Below are positions 12,911-23,850 of a stretch of 64,000 bases of DNA, piece by piece; within the stretch, counting starts at the first letter, position 1, and each line of letters starts with the position of its first letter. A program made the translations under genes and the position numbers. The notes below the pieces were generated by a model. The model had not been told where the DNA came from, did no database searches, and saw only the letters and a list, made by a program, of their open reading frames with translations. Source of the stretch: Camelus ferus (lineage: Eukaryota); NCBI RefSeq assembly GCF_009834535.1, contig NC_045704.1, positions 76,260,001 through 76,324,000 on the forward strand, in the 5' to 3' direction.

Positions 12911-15900
12911 TTCATACTACCTCATGCTTTGAGTCCCAAGTGAGCAGAAAGACTATCCTTGTTTCATGGGGCACCAAGTAAGACCCATAGGCAAAACCAA
13001 TCAAGCCAAACAGCCACCTGAGTCATCGACCAGGACTAATGATATCGGAGAAGTCCAGCTGTTACCATGTATGTGATGAAAAAGAGGAGGAATTCCTCAC
13101 TCTTTGCCTTTTAAGATGATAGGCTTTGCATGAAAAATATCCATGCCAATCACAAAGCTCAAGAAAACTTCAGCAATGCCTATGTCAGACTCGTCCCCCA
13201 ACTTCAGAGCTGTCACTAGAATGTACACTCCACAGAAGCAGCTGACTTCTCCGTCTGGTTCACACTAGGCTCCCACCGTCTGGAGCAGTGCCTCGGGGGA
13301 CGATGGATGGATGGATGGGTGGGTGTCACTAAGTGGTTTCATGGTCTGTTCAAGACCTTACAGCAAATCGACAGCTCGTCAGAACTAGAACTCAAGTTTT
13401 ACAGCTCAGTCAGTGTTTTCACCACTCCACCATATCCCCAGCCATGGCCAGACATAAGTAAGAAAAGACAGGAAAAATGCAGTCAGTGTACCGAGAATTG
13501 CCCCAAAGGCCATCAGACAGGAGTCTGCAAAGTTTCTTCCATACCCCAGCAGCAAACCTACAGGCCCAGCTTTACATCTCACATCCCACAGCTTAGGAAA
13601 GCAGGCACCAAGGCTGAATAAATGGGTCATCATCACAGCTCTTCGTCTCCTGCCACAAATTCTCAAATGCCTAAATCAGAACTGAATGTTGCACACATGC
13701 CTTTGTTAATAGCCTGTTTGGTGGAGGTTATTCGCTCGCTCTTTGACGTTTCTTTGAAAAGGACAGGAACAGTTTGGAACATCTTTCCCTCAGCAATCCT
13801 GGGTTTGTTTCAGGTGTGAAGGTAGAGGTCACTTTATTAATACAACCATCAAGGAAGGCTGTCATGGTAACGCGTTGCATCGATTCCTTGAAGCACAGGA
13901 GACAAAGCCAAAAAGAGAAACTTTCAAGTCTATAAATACAGACCCAGCATTGCTGAAGCCTAGCAGCTCACTGACAGGGTGAACCTAAATGTATGGCTTT
14001 GAACAGGACCCAAACAGAGGAAAGAAAACTTCACTTTGGGAATGTAATGGATCATCATGACCGTAACGGGAAAAAGTGAGCCTTCAGGTCGCAGAAGAAA
14101 AGAAGAATAGAACAAGTTGCAACACTGAGTCCTGGCTGGCGCCCTCTTTGCACTTTTGGGTTTCCTCTCTGGGTCTGCTTTTCCGTACCTTCCAGAAAGG
14201 ACTAAGAGAGGGAAAGGGATCAAAGTCTTATAATTCACATTTTGACAATAGTTTGCAGTTTGGAAAGAGGAAAACTGTGTGACAATCAAGAGACCTACAA
14301 AAAAAAAAGTTAAAGGATTGAATGACTTAACTTCACCCCTGTGACTCTCATTATTCAAGCTAGAAGAAAAATAAAAAGAAGTGAAAGAGGGAGGAGGAAA
14401 TGCTGCTTGCCCCTATTCTTTCACTGTGAAAATTCCGAGTTTTTTCATAAACTTGTAGCAACGGTGGGAGCTTATTTATCTACTACGATAGCTTGCTTAC
14501 CGAGCTGTGATCAGAGCTGTTAGAACACCTTGCCGACTTCAGCATTTCCATCAGGGTTCCACATTTCATCTTTCAGCCACATAACTCTGTTTGGGTCTAG
14601 CATTAATACTATAACCTTATTTATCAAAGGCCACAGATGATCTTGGCCACTCCATTTGGAAGCATCCCTAGTATTGGTATGACAGGGAGTTATAGGTTGT
14701 ATGGTGTGATATGGGATACATCCATGAGTTTACTTCTATCAGGAGTAAAATGATCCTTTAGAATAGAGTTAAGCTATTACCAAAGTAGTGTTAGCTTTTC
14801 CTGAATCTAAGGATCAGATTTTTATCATAATAAAAAGAATTGTGTCCAGCAAATAACAATTTGTATACGATACTGGATCAAGTGTTGTGTAAGGGATTTA
14901 AAAATGAAACCTTCACTGTTTACTGAGATAGCACCCTGTTAAGTTGTCAATAGCAATGAAGAAAGAATCAGGACATGCTTAACATAAACACTTAGTAAGG
15001 TCAGTGTTTTCAGTTTGAGGCAAATGCACACAGAAGGGTACCAAATAAAGAAGTGATACCTTCAAGGTGCCTGTTGGGTAGAAATCCCTAGTTGGGTTTT
15101 TAATCTGCAGTGACATACGAGAGGAAATGGAGGTAATGCCAGGATTTTGTAAATGGGCATTTACCCTCATGCCAGCTTTATCTGGAGGCATAAGGAAACT
15201 TTGTGTGGAGAGGAATTCTGAAGTTAGTGCAAGAGAATGCCCTGATTAAGGAGCTATGATTTGTACATAGAGGAGGAAGAAATGAGCGCATTTATAGCAT
15301 ATTTGCCATTCCCAACCTAGACCTTTGATATTTTTGGTATTTTATGTATGAGCTGACTTACATTTGGAGCTCTGCCGGAATGTGGTGGGACGCGAGAGAA
15401 TGTGATATTTAGTGCAAAGACCTCTGCCTCCTGTGGTGGGAAAGCAGAGCAGCTGGTCAGTACAGACGACAACCTCTTGAGGATCTAAGAAGAGTTATGT
15501 GTATTGTCTTGAGGAGCACTGACTGCTCTGCGCATCGTGCAACACATTCGCTGTGTTTCTCCTGAGTATTCTAGGTCAAGAGCAGTTGTCTGCAAATTGG
15601 GAGACCTGGGTTCTCGTTCTCGATCTGCCCTTCACTGTTTTCCGTTTCCTCATCTAGAGCTTGTCTAGATAGTTTCTGAAGTTTTCCTCAAGCTTTGATT
15701 TTACTGTTTCTATCAGCAGAAGGTAGAGCAGATTACACGGCAATTGGGTGATTTTGGTTCCCCTCTGTTTCATTGTGAGCAGAGCTAAAGGGTCAGTCTT
15801 AGATCCCAGCCAGTCTTCTGTATTAACCAACCCCCACCACCAGGAGGATGATACACTCTTATAGTTCAGCTTCAAGTACTTATAGTTGCTTCTAATTCCC

Positions 15901-16009
15901 ATGGTTCTGCACCTGGAAATTCACTCTCTCTGAAGGAAAATCACTGAGGCGGCTTCATTCTCCTTTCCCCAATATACAGAAGGACATTGCTGTGGCTGAT
16001 ACCCTGATC

Positions 16010-16224
16010 CAGGCCTTCAACATTTTATCACCAACATTAATTGAGGAGTAATTCTTTGTTGTGGGGGCTGCCCTGTTCAGTGCAGGCTATTTAGCAGTAT
16101 CTCTGGCCTCTGCCCACTAAAAGCCAGTAGCATCCCCTCCCCCGAGGTATGACAACCAAACACATCTGCAGACATTGTCAGATGTCCCCTGGGAGACAAA
16201 AACCATCCACTGTTGAAAACCTTT
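16010..16224 (-). mobile_element. MER20 (hAT-Charlie DNA transposon)
   Basis: taattctttgttgtgggggctgccctg...ctctggcctctgcccactaaaagccagtagca...tgacaaccaaacacatctgcagacattgtcagatgtcccctggg is the reverse complement of the MER20 consensus. Confidence 0.9.
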
Positions 16225-16559
16225 ACTTTAGATTGACAACCAAAGACCTGTATTAAATGTTAATTCCTCAAATGCCTTCTATCCTTTTTCTAATTATTCT
16301 AAAATCCCTTCTGTCAAATTCAATTTAGAACACGCAATGCTTATTTTGCATATCTCCTTTACTCAACTCAAAGTGCCTTTCCTCTTATGCTTTTCCAGTT
16401 TGTCTATTTATTCCTGGATACAGCCAACTATATGTAGCAGGGAGACTTCTGTGATTAATTTTATGACTTCATGTGATCACTGCATTTTGTTGACACCCTT
16501 TTTCTCATTGTTCGTGGTCTTTCTGTCTCTTCCTAAGACTTAAATGCTGATTGTTCTAC

Positions 16560-18200
16560 AGGTCTCTCTGCAGTCTTCATTTCTCCTAAATCTATATTCT
16601 AGCAGGATGAGGTCGTCTCTTCTTTTCTTTTCACTCTTTGTAACAATGACCACCATCACTCTGCTCCAAATCTGTATCTCCAGGAGGACCTACCTCCTGA
16701 ACTGCTAACTACTTTTTACAGCTAATACCAAGACGCCTGCAGAAAAACCTGCAGATCTCTCCAAGCCACTAAGTCCAAAAAAAAAAAAAAAGTTTATTTT
16801 CTTCCCTGATCAAATCCTTCCTCCAACCTTCCTTTCTTAATAAGTTACATCATGATGCATCCAAAAGCCAAAACAGGAACCTTAGAATCTCTCTTTCTTC
16901 TTTCAAATAATCTGTCTCCAAAGCTGTTCCTTCTTCCCTCTCTCCACTGCTCTAACCTGAACCAAGCCCATTTTGTTGAAGTGCCTGTTCACCTTGCCTC
17001 CAGTCCATCCTTTCTCTGGTCTAGCCTCACCTTTCCTCCCCCTTTAAATCACCGCTCTTCTCATAGTTGTTTGACAGCTTCCCGTATCGTCTTTTATCTA
17101 AACTCTGCAGCATGACCACAGCCTGCCTTTCTAGTTCCATCTCCACTGTGCACATCCAACATTCTAGCCACACCATTCCTTCCTTACTCCTCACTCACCA
17201 GCGTGTTCCACGTGTCTCTCACTCAGCCTCTAGCTGGAAAACTGAACCCACTCCAGGTACTTCAACAGAGAGAATTTATTAAAGGAAATGCTTAAGCAGG
17301 TGCTTTAGAATTTAAACAGGAGAAGAGGGCACTGAAGTCACTCAGAAGTAGTAACTGTGTAAGCAGGGAGCAGTTATCACTCAGGCTGAGGAATTACAGG
17401 AAAGAGGAGGGAGTTATTAGAAACTAAAGGTTTGGAGGAGAGACCCCAAAGATGTGGGACCTGTACCTCATAGGAGAGATAATACATGGCTGCTGCTAGT
17501 ACCTCTGAAATGCCGGGCATCAGCCCCTTGGAGCTGGGGTTCAAACCTCCAGAGGGGGAATGCCACCAAGCTGGTGCAGAAACCTCTAAGGATGAGATGA
17601 AATTGGTTCTGAAAAAGCTGAGCCCTGGAACCAACTGCTGCTGTTGGGATGTAGGGTCATTGCTGGGGCGTACTCTTAAGAAGAGCCATGAATCAGGAAA
17701 ATGGAGTTCTCTGCTTCCTTCCCCTACCTTCTCTGTTCTCTCTGGTGCACCCTGTTGGTGGAAACAGGAGACCACTTGCAGGGTTCCAGCCTCAACATCA
17801 GAAGGAAAGGTGGATTTAGAGTTGAGAGACAACGGCTTAATAGCCAGCACAATGTACTTTCATGTCTCCTTGCCTTTACTCGTGCAATTTCCTGACCCCT
17901 AGTGTTCTTTCTGCCGGCATCTGCCTGATGCGTGCCATTGTTCACATACAATCTCCTTTTTATGCTCTCCTCTCATCTCCCCCCCACATAAATAATCATT
18001 TACACCAGCATCCGAGTTCCCTCGCAGTTTGCAAACACTTCCTTTACAGTCTTTTTTTTTTTATATATTGTATTATAATTACTTCCATACATGTTCATTT
18101 ATTTGTTTGTTTTCTACAAAACTGTGCGCACCTTTAGGGCAGGTAGTTACAAGCATATAATCTAGCACGGTGCCTGGCATACAGCAGAGGTTGGTTGAGC
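16560..18200 (+). mobile_element. L2 LINE (two pieces, about 16560-17212 and 17855-18200, split by an MLT1 LTR)
   Basis: Pyrimidine-rich L2 body (ctccaaatctgtatctcc, catccaaaagccaaaacaggaaccttagaatc) and 3' end tctagcacggtgcctggcatacagcag. Confidence 0.7.
17215..17851 (-). mobile_element. MLT1 (ERVL-MaLR) solo LTR
   Basis: gaaaactgaacccactccaggtacttcaacagagagaatttattaaagg...tggatttagagttgagagacaacggcttaatagccagcaca; typical reversed MLT1K/L-type termini. Confidence 0.75.
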
Positions 18201-18259
18201 TGGATGGAAATGATAAAAGCATTTTAATGAAATTAATATTAGATCATTTCTTACATATA

Positions 18260-18390
18260 TTTTATCCTCCCAACCAGACTTGAACTTTATAAGAGCAGAG
18301 ATCACGCTTTCTATTTCTTTCATTTTTTTTCATGATGTGTAGTACAAGGTTTCATCTGCTGAAGAAGAACTCAGTGATATTTGTTAACTG
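18260..18390 (+). mobile_element. L2 3' end fragment
   Basis: accagacttgaactttataagagcagagatcacgc...gaactcagtgatatttgttaactg. Confidence 0.6.
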
Positions 18391-19756
18391 TCTAGTTTAT
18401 TCATTAAGTGCCACAAATTTGGTTCAAAGTGGCATGAAGATGGAACATAAGTTTATGAATAGCAGGTAAGGTTAGTAGTTAGGATTGAATGTGCTTCTAG
18501 CACATGGTTCCAACAGAGAGTGCATATGGTTAAAGTTCTATATTTGTTGAATAGCACAATCAAGAAGCCAAATGTAATATGTCTTATAGTGAATTCTAAA
18601 GTAATGAAATATATTGCAGGTTTCATTTTTTTTTCCTGCTTATGTCTTACAGAAATATATTCCCCCAAGTGTTGAGATTATTAATCCTGGGCTAATCGGG
18701 TCCTTGAATATTTATTAAATTTTTCACAATCATCAATATCGACTAGTAGATTATTTAAATGTAGGAAAGGTGTTGAATTTTAACTTAATCACTGGCTTCT
18801 TGGGAAAAAAGAAACCTCTGTTCCACAACTGATTTACATTCAGATCCAATAAGAAGAAAAACAGCTTTTTTTTTTAAGGGAGTGATATTTAATTAACTAT
18901 TGATTTCTTCTCAATTATTCAAGGCAAGCAATTATCGATATTGATGGAAACGATATTTCCCTATGTCTGGTGACTAAATGAAAGGAAATATCCCATTCAG
19001 CAATCTGCTGCCTGAAACAAGAAATGCTGAGGATCTTTAACTTTAAATGGAAACAGTTATTTGGATCTGTTTATTCCATGTTGACCCAATTAAACAGATA
19101 TTTCCTAAAGTGTAAGCAAAACAAAATCCTGAAAGCCTGTGTATGCTTTCCAAATTAAGAACCACCAAAAGAAGGAGGGTTTTTTTTTTTTTTGGTCAGG
19201 TTTGACCATGAGTTTCACCACTCTGCCCTTGTCGACTTTGCTTCAAAGCTACAGATCTTGACATTTTTAGCCATGACACATTAAATACTATAATTTGAGA
19301 CTAATATTCATGATTTCTAGGCCACCCAACGAGAGGCGGCTTACATAATCATTAGAACCCCCGAAACACTACCTTGCATATCAATATCTCGACCCTGAAG
19401 GTGTTCACAGGCCTTAATAGTCCCTTCTAATATTTACAGATAGCAAGTCGGGGTACAGTTTGAAAATTGTACCAATCCATTATGCAACTATGTTAGCCGT
19501 CGCCAAGGAATTGTTGTTGTGGAAGGTGGGAAAACAGGGCCCTGTTTAGGGCACTTTGTTATTAACTCTGTGAGCATCTACCACTATCTTTTCTCAGCTC
19601 ATTTGCACACAGAGCATTAGCATGTTTGCATGTAAGAAGCTTCTTTTGAAGGTGACATGACTATTGAACATGAGTAATGGACAAGGCAATATTCTCTATT
19701 GAATTATTACTTGGGAGTTTTTTTTTTTTAATACATTATACATGATAGTAATATTA

Positions 19757-19759
<3 letters not shown>

Positions 19760-19797
<38 letters not shown>
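19760..19797. repeat. (GT)19 microsatellite
   Basis: Perfect dinucleotide run. Confidence 0.97.
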
Positions 19798-19799
<2 letters not shown>

Positions 19800-20904
19800 A
19801 ATTCATGAGGTATCCCTGGGGAAATTTGACTATGACATTCTTAAAAAATAAAAAAGTTATAATTTATAAGAAGCTGCTTTTTCTGCTCTGCGCCACATCC
19901 CCCCCCCCCCCGCCCTCCGCCCCGTTCCAGAGTGGTTCTATATATTAAGTGCTTAAGCGGCATATGTTGCTGGGAAGTGTTCTTGGCTCTTTTCATGTTT
20001 GGTGGTGTTTTAATTTCCCTGGGTCCTATTTATCATTCTGCTAAATCAGTGAAACCTTGATTATCTAAAAGAACAAGAGACATGGAATTAATGAGGATAG
20101 TCAGATTTTTGAAGAAGTAAATTATTAGAGACGAAAGTTACATGGCAGGGGCCGTAAATGAATTTCAGTACCTGGAATTGCTTGCTTGATTTATTCAAAT
20201 TGATTCTATTAATTGGTGGACATAGTGAAATTTTGGTAATCAGGGTTTCACCATTGCATTTATTATTATTCCTGGAAATCAAGGTAACCTTGGACTCTAC
20301 TTGCTATACTGACAAGGTGATAAATATCCTAATAGGCTGTCAGGAGCAAATGTGACTGCTCTTCCTCACATTGCTCCCATGAAAAGCTTTTTCTCTTCGG
20401 ATCTGACTGCTGCCTTGCCCAGAGCATGCTGCCTGCCCTCTGCCCCACCCCTCCCTCCTCATGCTTGGGGTTCGCTCCGCCCTCCTGCATGCAGCGCTGG
20501 AATCACCTGCAGGGAGAATGGCCCACCCCTTAGAGGTTCTTGGTTATGTTAGCAACACGGCTTTGCATTTTAATTCCATTCATCTGGCTTGAAAGCTCTG
20601 CATTCTTGTATCAAGGCACTATCCTTGAAAAACCCTGGAGGTCACAACAGGTCCCAGTTCCACGAAGAGAAGATACTGCCAAACCAGGAGTGTCACATTA
20701 CTTTGTATTTGATAGCTCGAAATGGACAATGATAATATACAATATTGCAGCAAAAAATCTATATGAAAAGGACTAATATGATCAAAACAAAGGCAGCAAA
20801 CTACATTTGTTTCGAAATTGGAGTACATGCTTAGTTTGCGGAGGGGAGGGGGGAGCGCAAGATCAATAGAGATTTTTTTTTAAGCTGAAAACATGATGTA
20901 CCAG

Positions 20905-20961
20905 ATGAACTTAAATTGATTCTGCTTCTCCTCCCCGCGCCCCTCCTCCCTCGTTCTGCAG
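20905..20961 (+). promoter_or_regulatory. NTNG1: 3' splice site of the last NTNG1 intron (candidate branch point, polypyrimidine tract, acceptor)
   Basis: No AG between 20905 and 20959; TTGAT branch-like motif (A at 20919); C/T-rich tract ending TTCTGCAG. Confidence 0.85.
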
Positions 20962-21212
20962 CGAATGTCTGCGACAATGAGCTCCTGCACTGCCAGAACG
21001 GAGGGACGTGCCACAACAACGTGCGCTGCCTGTGCCCGGCCGCGTACACGGGCATCCTGTGCGAGAAGCTGCGGTGCGAGGAGGCGGGCAGCTGCAGCTC
21101 CGACTCTGGCCAGGGGGCGCCCCCGCGCGGCTGCCCCGCGCTACTGCTGCTGCTGCTGCTGCTGCCGCTGCCGCCTGCTCTGCTGGGGACGGCCGGCCCC
21201 TTGGGGATGTAG
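20962..21212 (+). CDS. NTNG1: Netrin-G1 terminal coding exon (partial CDS, phase-1 start): last EGF-like domain and C-terminal GPI-anchor signal
   Basis: Follows a polypyrimidine tract and CAG acceptor (AG at 20960-20961). After 2 nt it reads NVCDNELLHCQNGGTCHNNVRCLCPAAYTGILCEKLRCEEAGSCSSDSGQGAPPRGCPALLLLLLLLPLPPALLGTAGPLGM*, with stop TAG at 21210-21212. Six-Cys EGF pattern; near-identical to the mammalian netrin-G1 C-terminus as recalled. Confidence 0.97.
21144..21164 (+). repeat. Coding (CTG)7 microsatellite (poly-Leu)
   Basis: cta(ctg)7 encodes L8, followed by degenerate ccg ctg ccg cct gct ctg ctg. Confidence 0.95.
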
Positions 21213-23850
21213 GCGGCGCATCCAGCCACCTGACGGGCCGGGCCGTGCGCGGTGGGGAAGCAAACACAACCCCAGCATTTGCTACTAACATAGGAAACCC
21301 ACCCTCAGACACCCCCACTCAAACACAGTGTACAAACGAAGAAGGCCTGACTGAACTAAGCCATATTTATCAGCCGTGGACAGCACACCCGAGTCAAGAC
21401 GGTTCATATCTGACCCTAGAGGAGCTGGCAGCTGTTGATAATATCACTGAAAATCACATTGCCAGCTGCAGAGCGCATCACCGACTGGAAAGGCTGAGAC
21501 AGCCCCCAAACGGGAAAGACAAAACAGCAACCACCGACAAGAAGGCAACCAACCTAAAAACATTCGCTCCTCTCACGTGGTGCGCCCCAGCTCCGCCCGG
21601 CCCGCGTGTGGACCAACCAAACGGAAGCCTTCTTTGCTGGCAGTGCAACGTGGGTCTAAGGAAGTCTGTTTCAAGCTGCCATATTGGCCTGCTTCAGTCC
21701 CTGAATCCCTTCCAACCTGTGCTTTAGTGAACGTTGCTCTGTAACCCTTGTTGGTTGAAAGATTTCTTTGTCTGATGTTAGTAATGCACATGTGTAACAG
21801 CCCCCTCCAAAAGCTCAAGCCAGTCATACCCCATGTATCTTAGCAGCGCTGAGACGTCCCAGTGCGAGCACACATCCACTGTCCAAGAGTGGCTATAGGA
21901 AAAAAGAAAGTGTATCTATCCTTTTGTATTCAAATGAAGTTATTTTTCTTGAAATACTGTAATATGTAGATTTTTTGTATTCTTGCCAATTTGTGTTACC
22001 AGACAATCTGTTGATGTATCTAATTCGAATCAGCAAAGACTGACGTTTTATTTTGTCCTCTTCCATTCTGTTTTTGTTTCACTGTGCAGAGATTTCTCTG
22101 TAAGGGCAACGAACTTGCTGGCATCAAAGAATATAAGTTNNNNNNNNNNNNNNNNNNNNNNNNNNNNNNNNNNNNNNNNNNNNNNNNNNNNNNNNNNNNN
22201 NNNNNNNNNNNNNNNNNNNNNNNNNNNNNNNNNNNNNNNNNNNNNNNNNNNNNNNNNNNNNNNNNNNNNNNNNNNNNNNAAGGAGCAGCCACCAAGCAGA
22301 TTCACACTCACTTTACTGATTTCTGTGTGGACTGAATACACTCAGCTGACGAATTTAGTGCCCAGGAAGATGGATTGATGTTCACTAGCTTGGACAACTT
22401 CTGCAAAATATGGGACTATTTCCACTTGGGAAAAATTATAACAGCAAAAAAAAAAATTAAGTGATTGCCAAGATTATGCCAAAGCCTGTTGGCAGAGTAC
22501 TAAGAGACTTTTATTTTTAAGTCATGCTGTTTTCACAGATTGATGTGATCGTGTGACTCTAGAGATGCTGATCTATGTATCTTTCCACTTACAGTGTTTA
22601 CATGGAGTATCCTAAGAAGCAACCTGGGGAACCAGGAAAGTCGCAGGGAAACTGAGTGATTAACAATTTGACTTTGAATATATTCAGACTAAGTATTTAT
22701 AGGAAATATCAAAATATACAGCAGGAAGTAGACATAACTGCTGCTCCTGAGAATAAAGTTTGTTTTAAGTACCACCCAAGGTGTAATAAATTCTTCTTTC
22801 TGCCTTTTATTAGGCCAATTACTGTGCAAGACAACAAGGCAAGGAGGGTAGGGGAGAATCATTGCAAAGTTTCAAAGTGGCTAAAGCAGTGTGTATTCCA
22901 TTCCCAGCGCACTGCTGGCCTCCAGGTTACCAATGTGTTAGCAGCAGCATCGCCTGGAATCAAAAACAGATATCAAATGAAGCCAGAGTCTAAAGGAAAT
23001 GAAGTCCTGCATGACTTGGTAGAGCAATAACCTATGGGAGTGTTGGGTCCGAAGCCTGCTTCCAGTCTGACTTCTTCACCTGCCGCCACGCCTTGCTGGA
23101 TGGAGGAGGGGTGGGGATGTCTTCTGATAAATACCCTCTGTAAAAGCTAGATGAAGGAACAGCGTGTCTTATTGGTTTTGTTCCCAGAAAAGCCAATTCA
23201 AAGAAGGCAATAAAAGGTAAGCAGGTAATGCCTGTGCTGCCTGCCACCCCACGTCTAAGTCGATTGAATGTTTGTTATTCAAACCCACAGTCTCTTTTGA
23301 TGTAAGAAATAAGAAAAGATGAAAATAAATTAGAGCTCTGGCTTAGTGCCAGAGTGGCCAAGCAGAAATTGGAGATTTACATTAGAAGCATAAACAGCGA
23401 ATTATATTTCAGGCTCACCAAAGACTACACGTGGAAATGCTGATAACACACAGAGTTTGAGATTACTTATAATGAGGTGGATTTCTAATATTAAAATTGG
23501 AATTTAAGTTGTCTTGTAGTTTATTAGCACAAATCAAAGGCAGACTGTGTCATTTCCAGCAACGATGCACTTTATCATTACCCACTCATGGCTTTGTCAC
23601 AATGCTCAGGAATCAGACTGCACGCTTCAGTATGTGGTATTCCAAAAGCTAACTCTAGAATTTAATGAAGGCCTGATCCAAATCAATTCATCTGCATTTT
23701 ATCTTTATGGAGCTGTAAGAATCTAAATTGATGAGGGAATATCTTGCTTTCAGTGTATTTAGATATAGTTTTCTGAATTTCCTGAAGTGATGTGACCTGC
23801 TTTTAAATAAATTCACTTTTAGGTATATAACAAGTGGAAATGAAATGTTC
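21213..23850 (+). other. NTNG1: NTNG1 3' UTR (distal end uncertain; may extend to about 25.8 kb)
   Basis: 21213-22460 closely resembles the human NTNG1 3' UTR as recalled. No recognisable repeats to about 24.2 kb. AATAAA at 22752, 22785, 23209, 23324, 23806 and 25739. Confidence 0.7.
22140..22279. other. Sequence gap (140 N) inside the NTNG1 3' UTR
   Basis: Run of N. Confidence 0.99.

Larger units (their letters stand above)
1..20961 (+). other. NTNG1: Distal part of the last NTNG1 intron
   Basis: Lies upstream of a phase-1 acceptor exon. No laminin-EGF-coding upstream exon (ECYCNPLGS.../NCECFGHS... type) was recognised in these 21 kb, consistent with a long final intron. Confidence 0.75.
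20840..21260. promoter_or_regulatory. CpG island over the NTNG1 terminal exon
   Basis: Visibly very GC-rich with dense CpG (ccccgcgccc, cccggccgcgtacacgggc, gggggcgcccccgcgcggc, gacgggccgggccgtgcgcgg) against an AT-rich background. Confidence 0.85.

Noticed and set aside
17377-17902. Opposed 157-aa and 138-aa ORFs
   Set aside because: They lie within the MLT1 LTR and show no protein similarity.
1-20900. RBFOX (TGCATG) motifs in the last intron
   Set aside because: Only a handful seen by eye in 21 kb, about what chance predicts.
20831-21727. Overlapping ORFs on both strands around the NTNG1 exon (132, 135, 107 and 239 aa, with poly-Ala/Ser/Cys)
   Set aside because: By-products of a stop-poor CpG island and the CTG repeat. 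Only the frame ending at 21212 matches netrin-G1 and the phase-1 acceptor.
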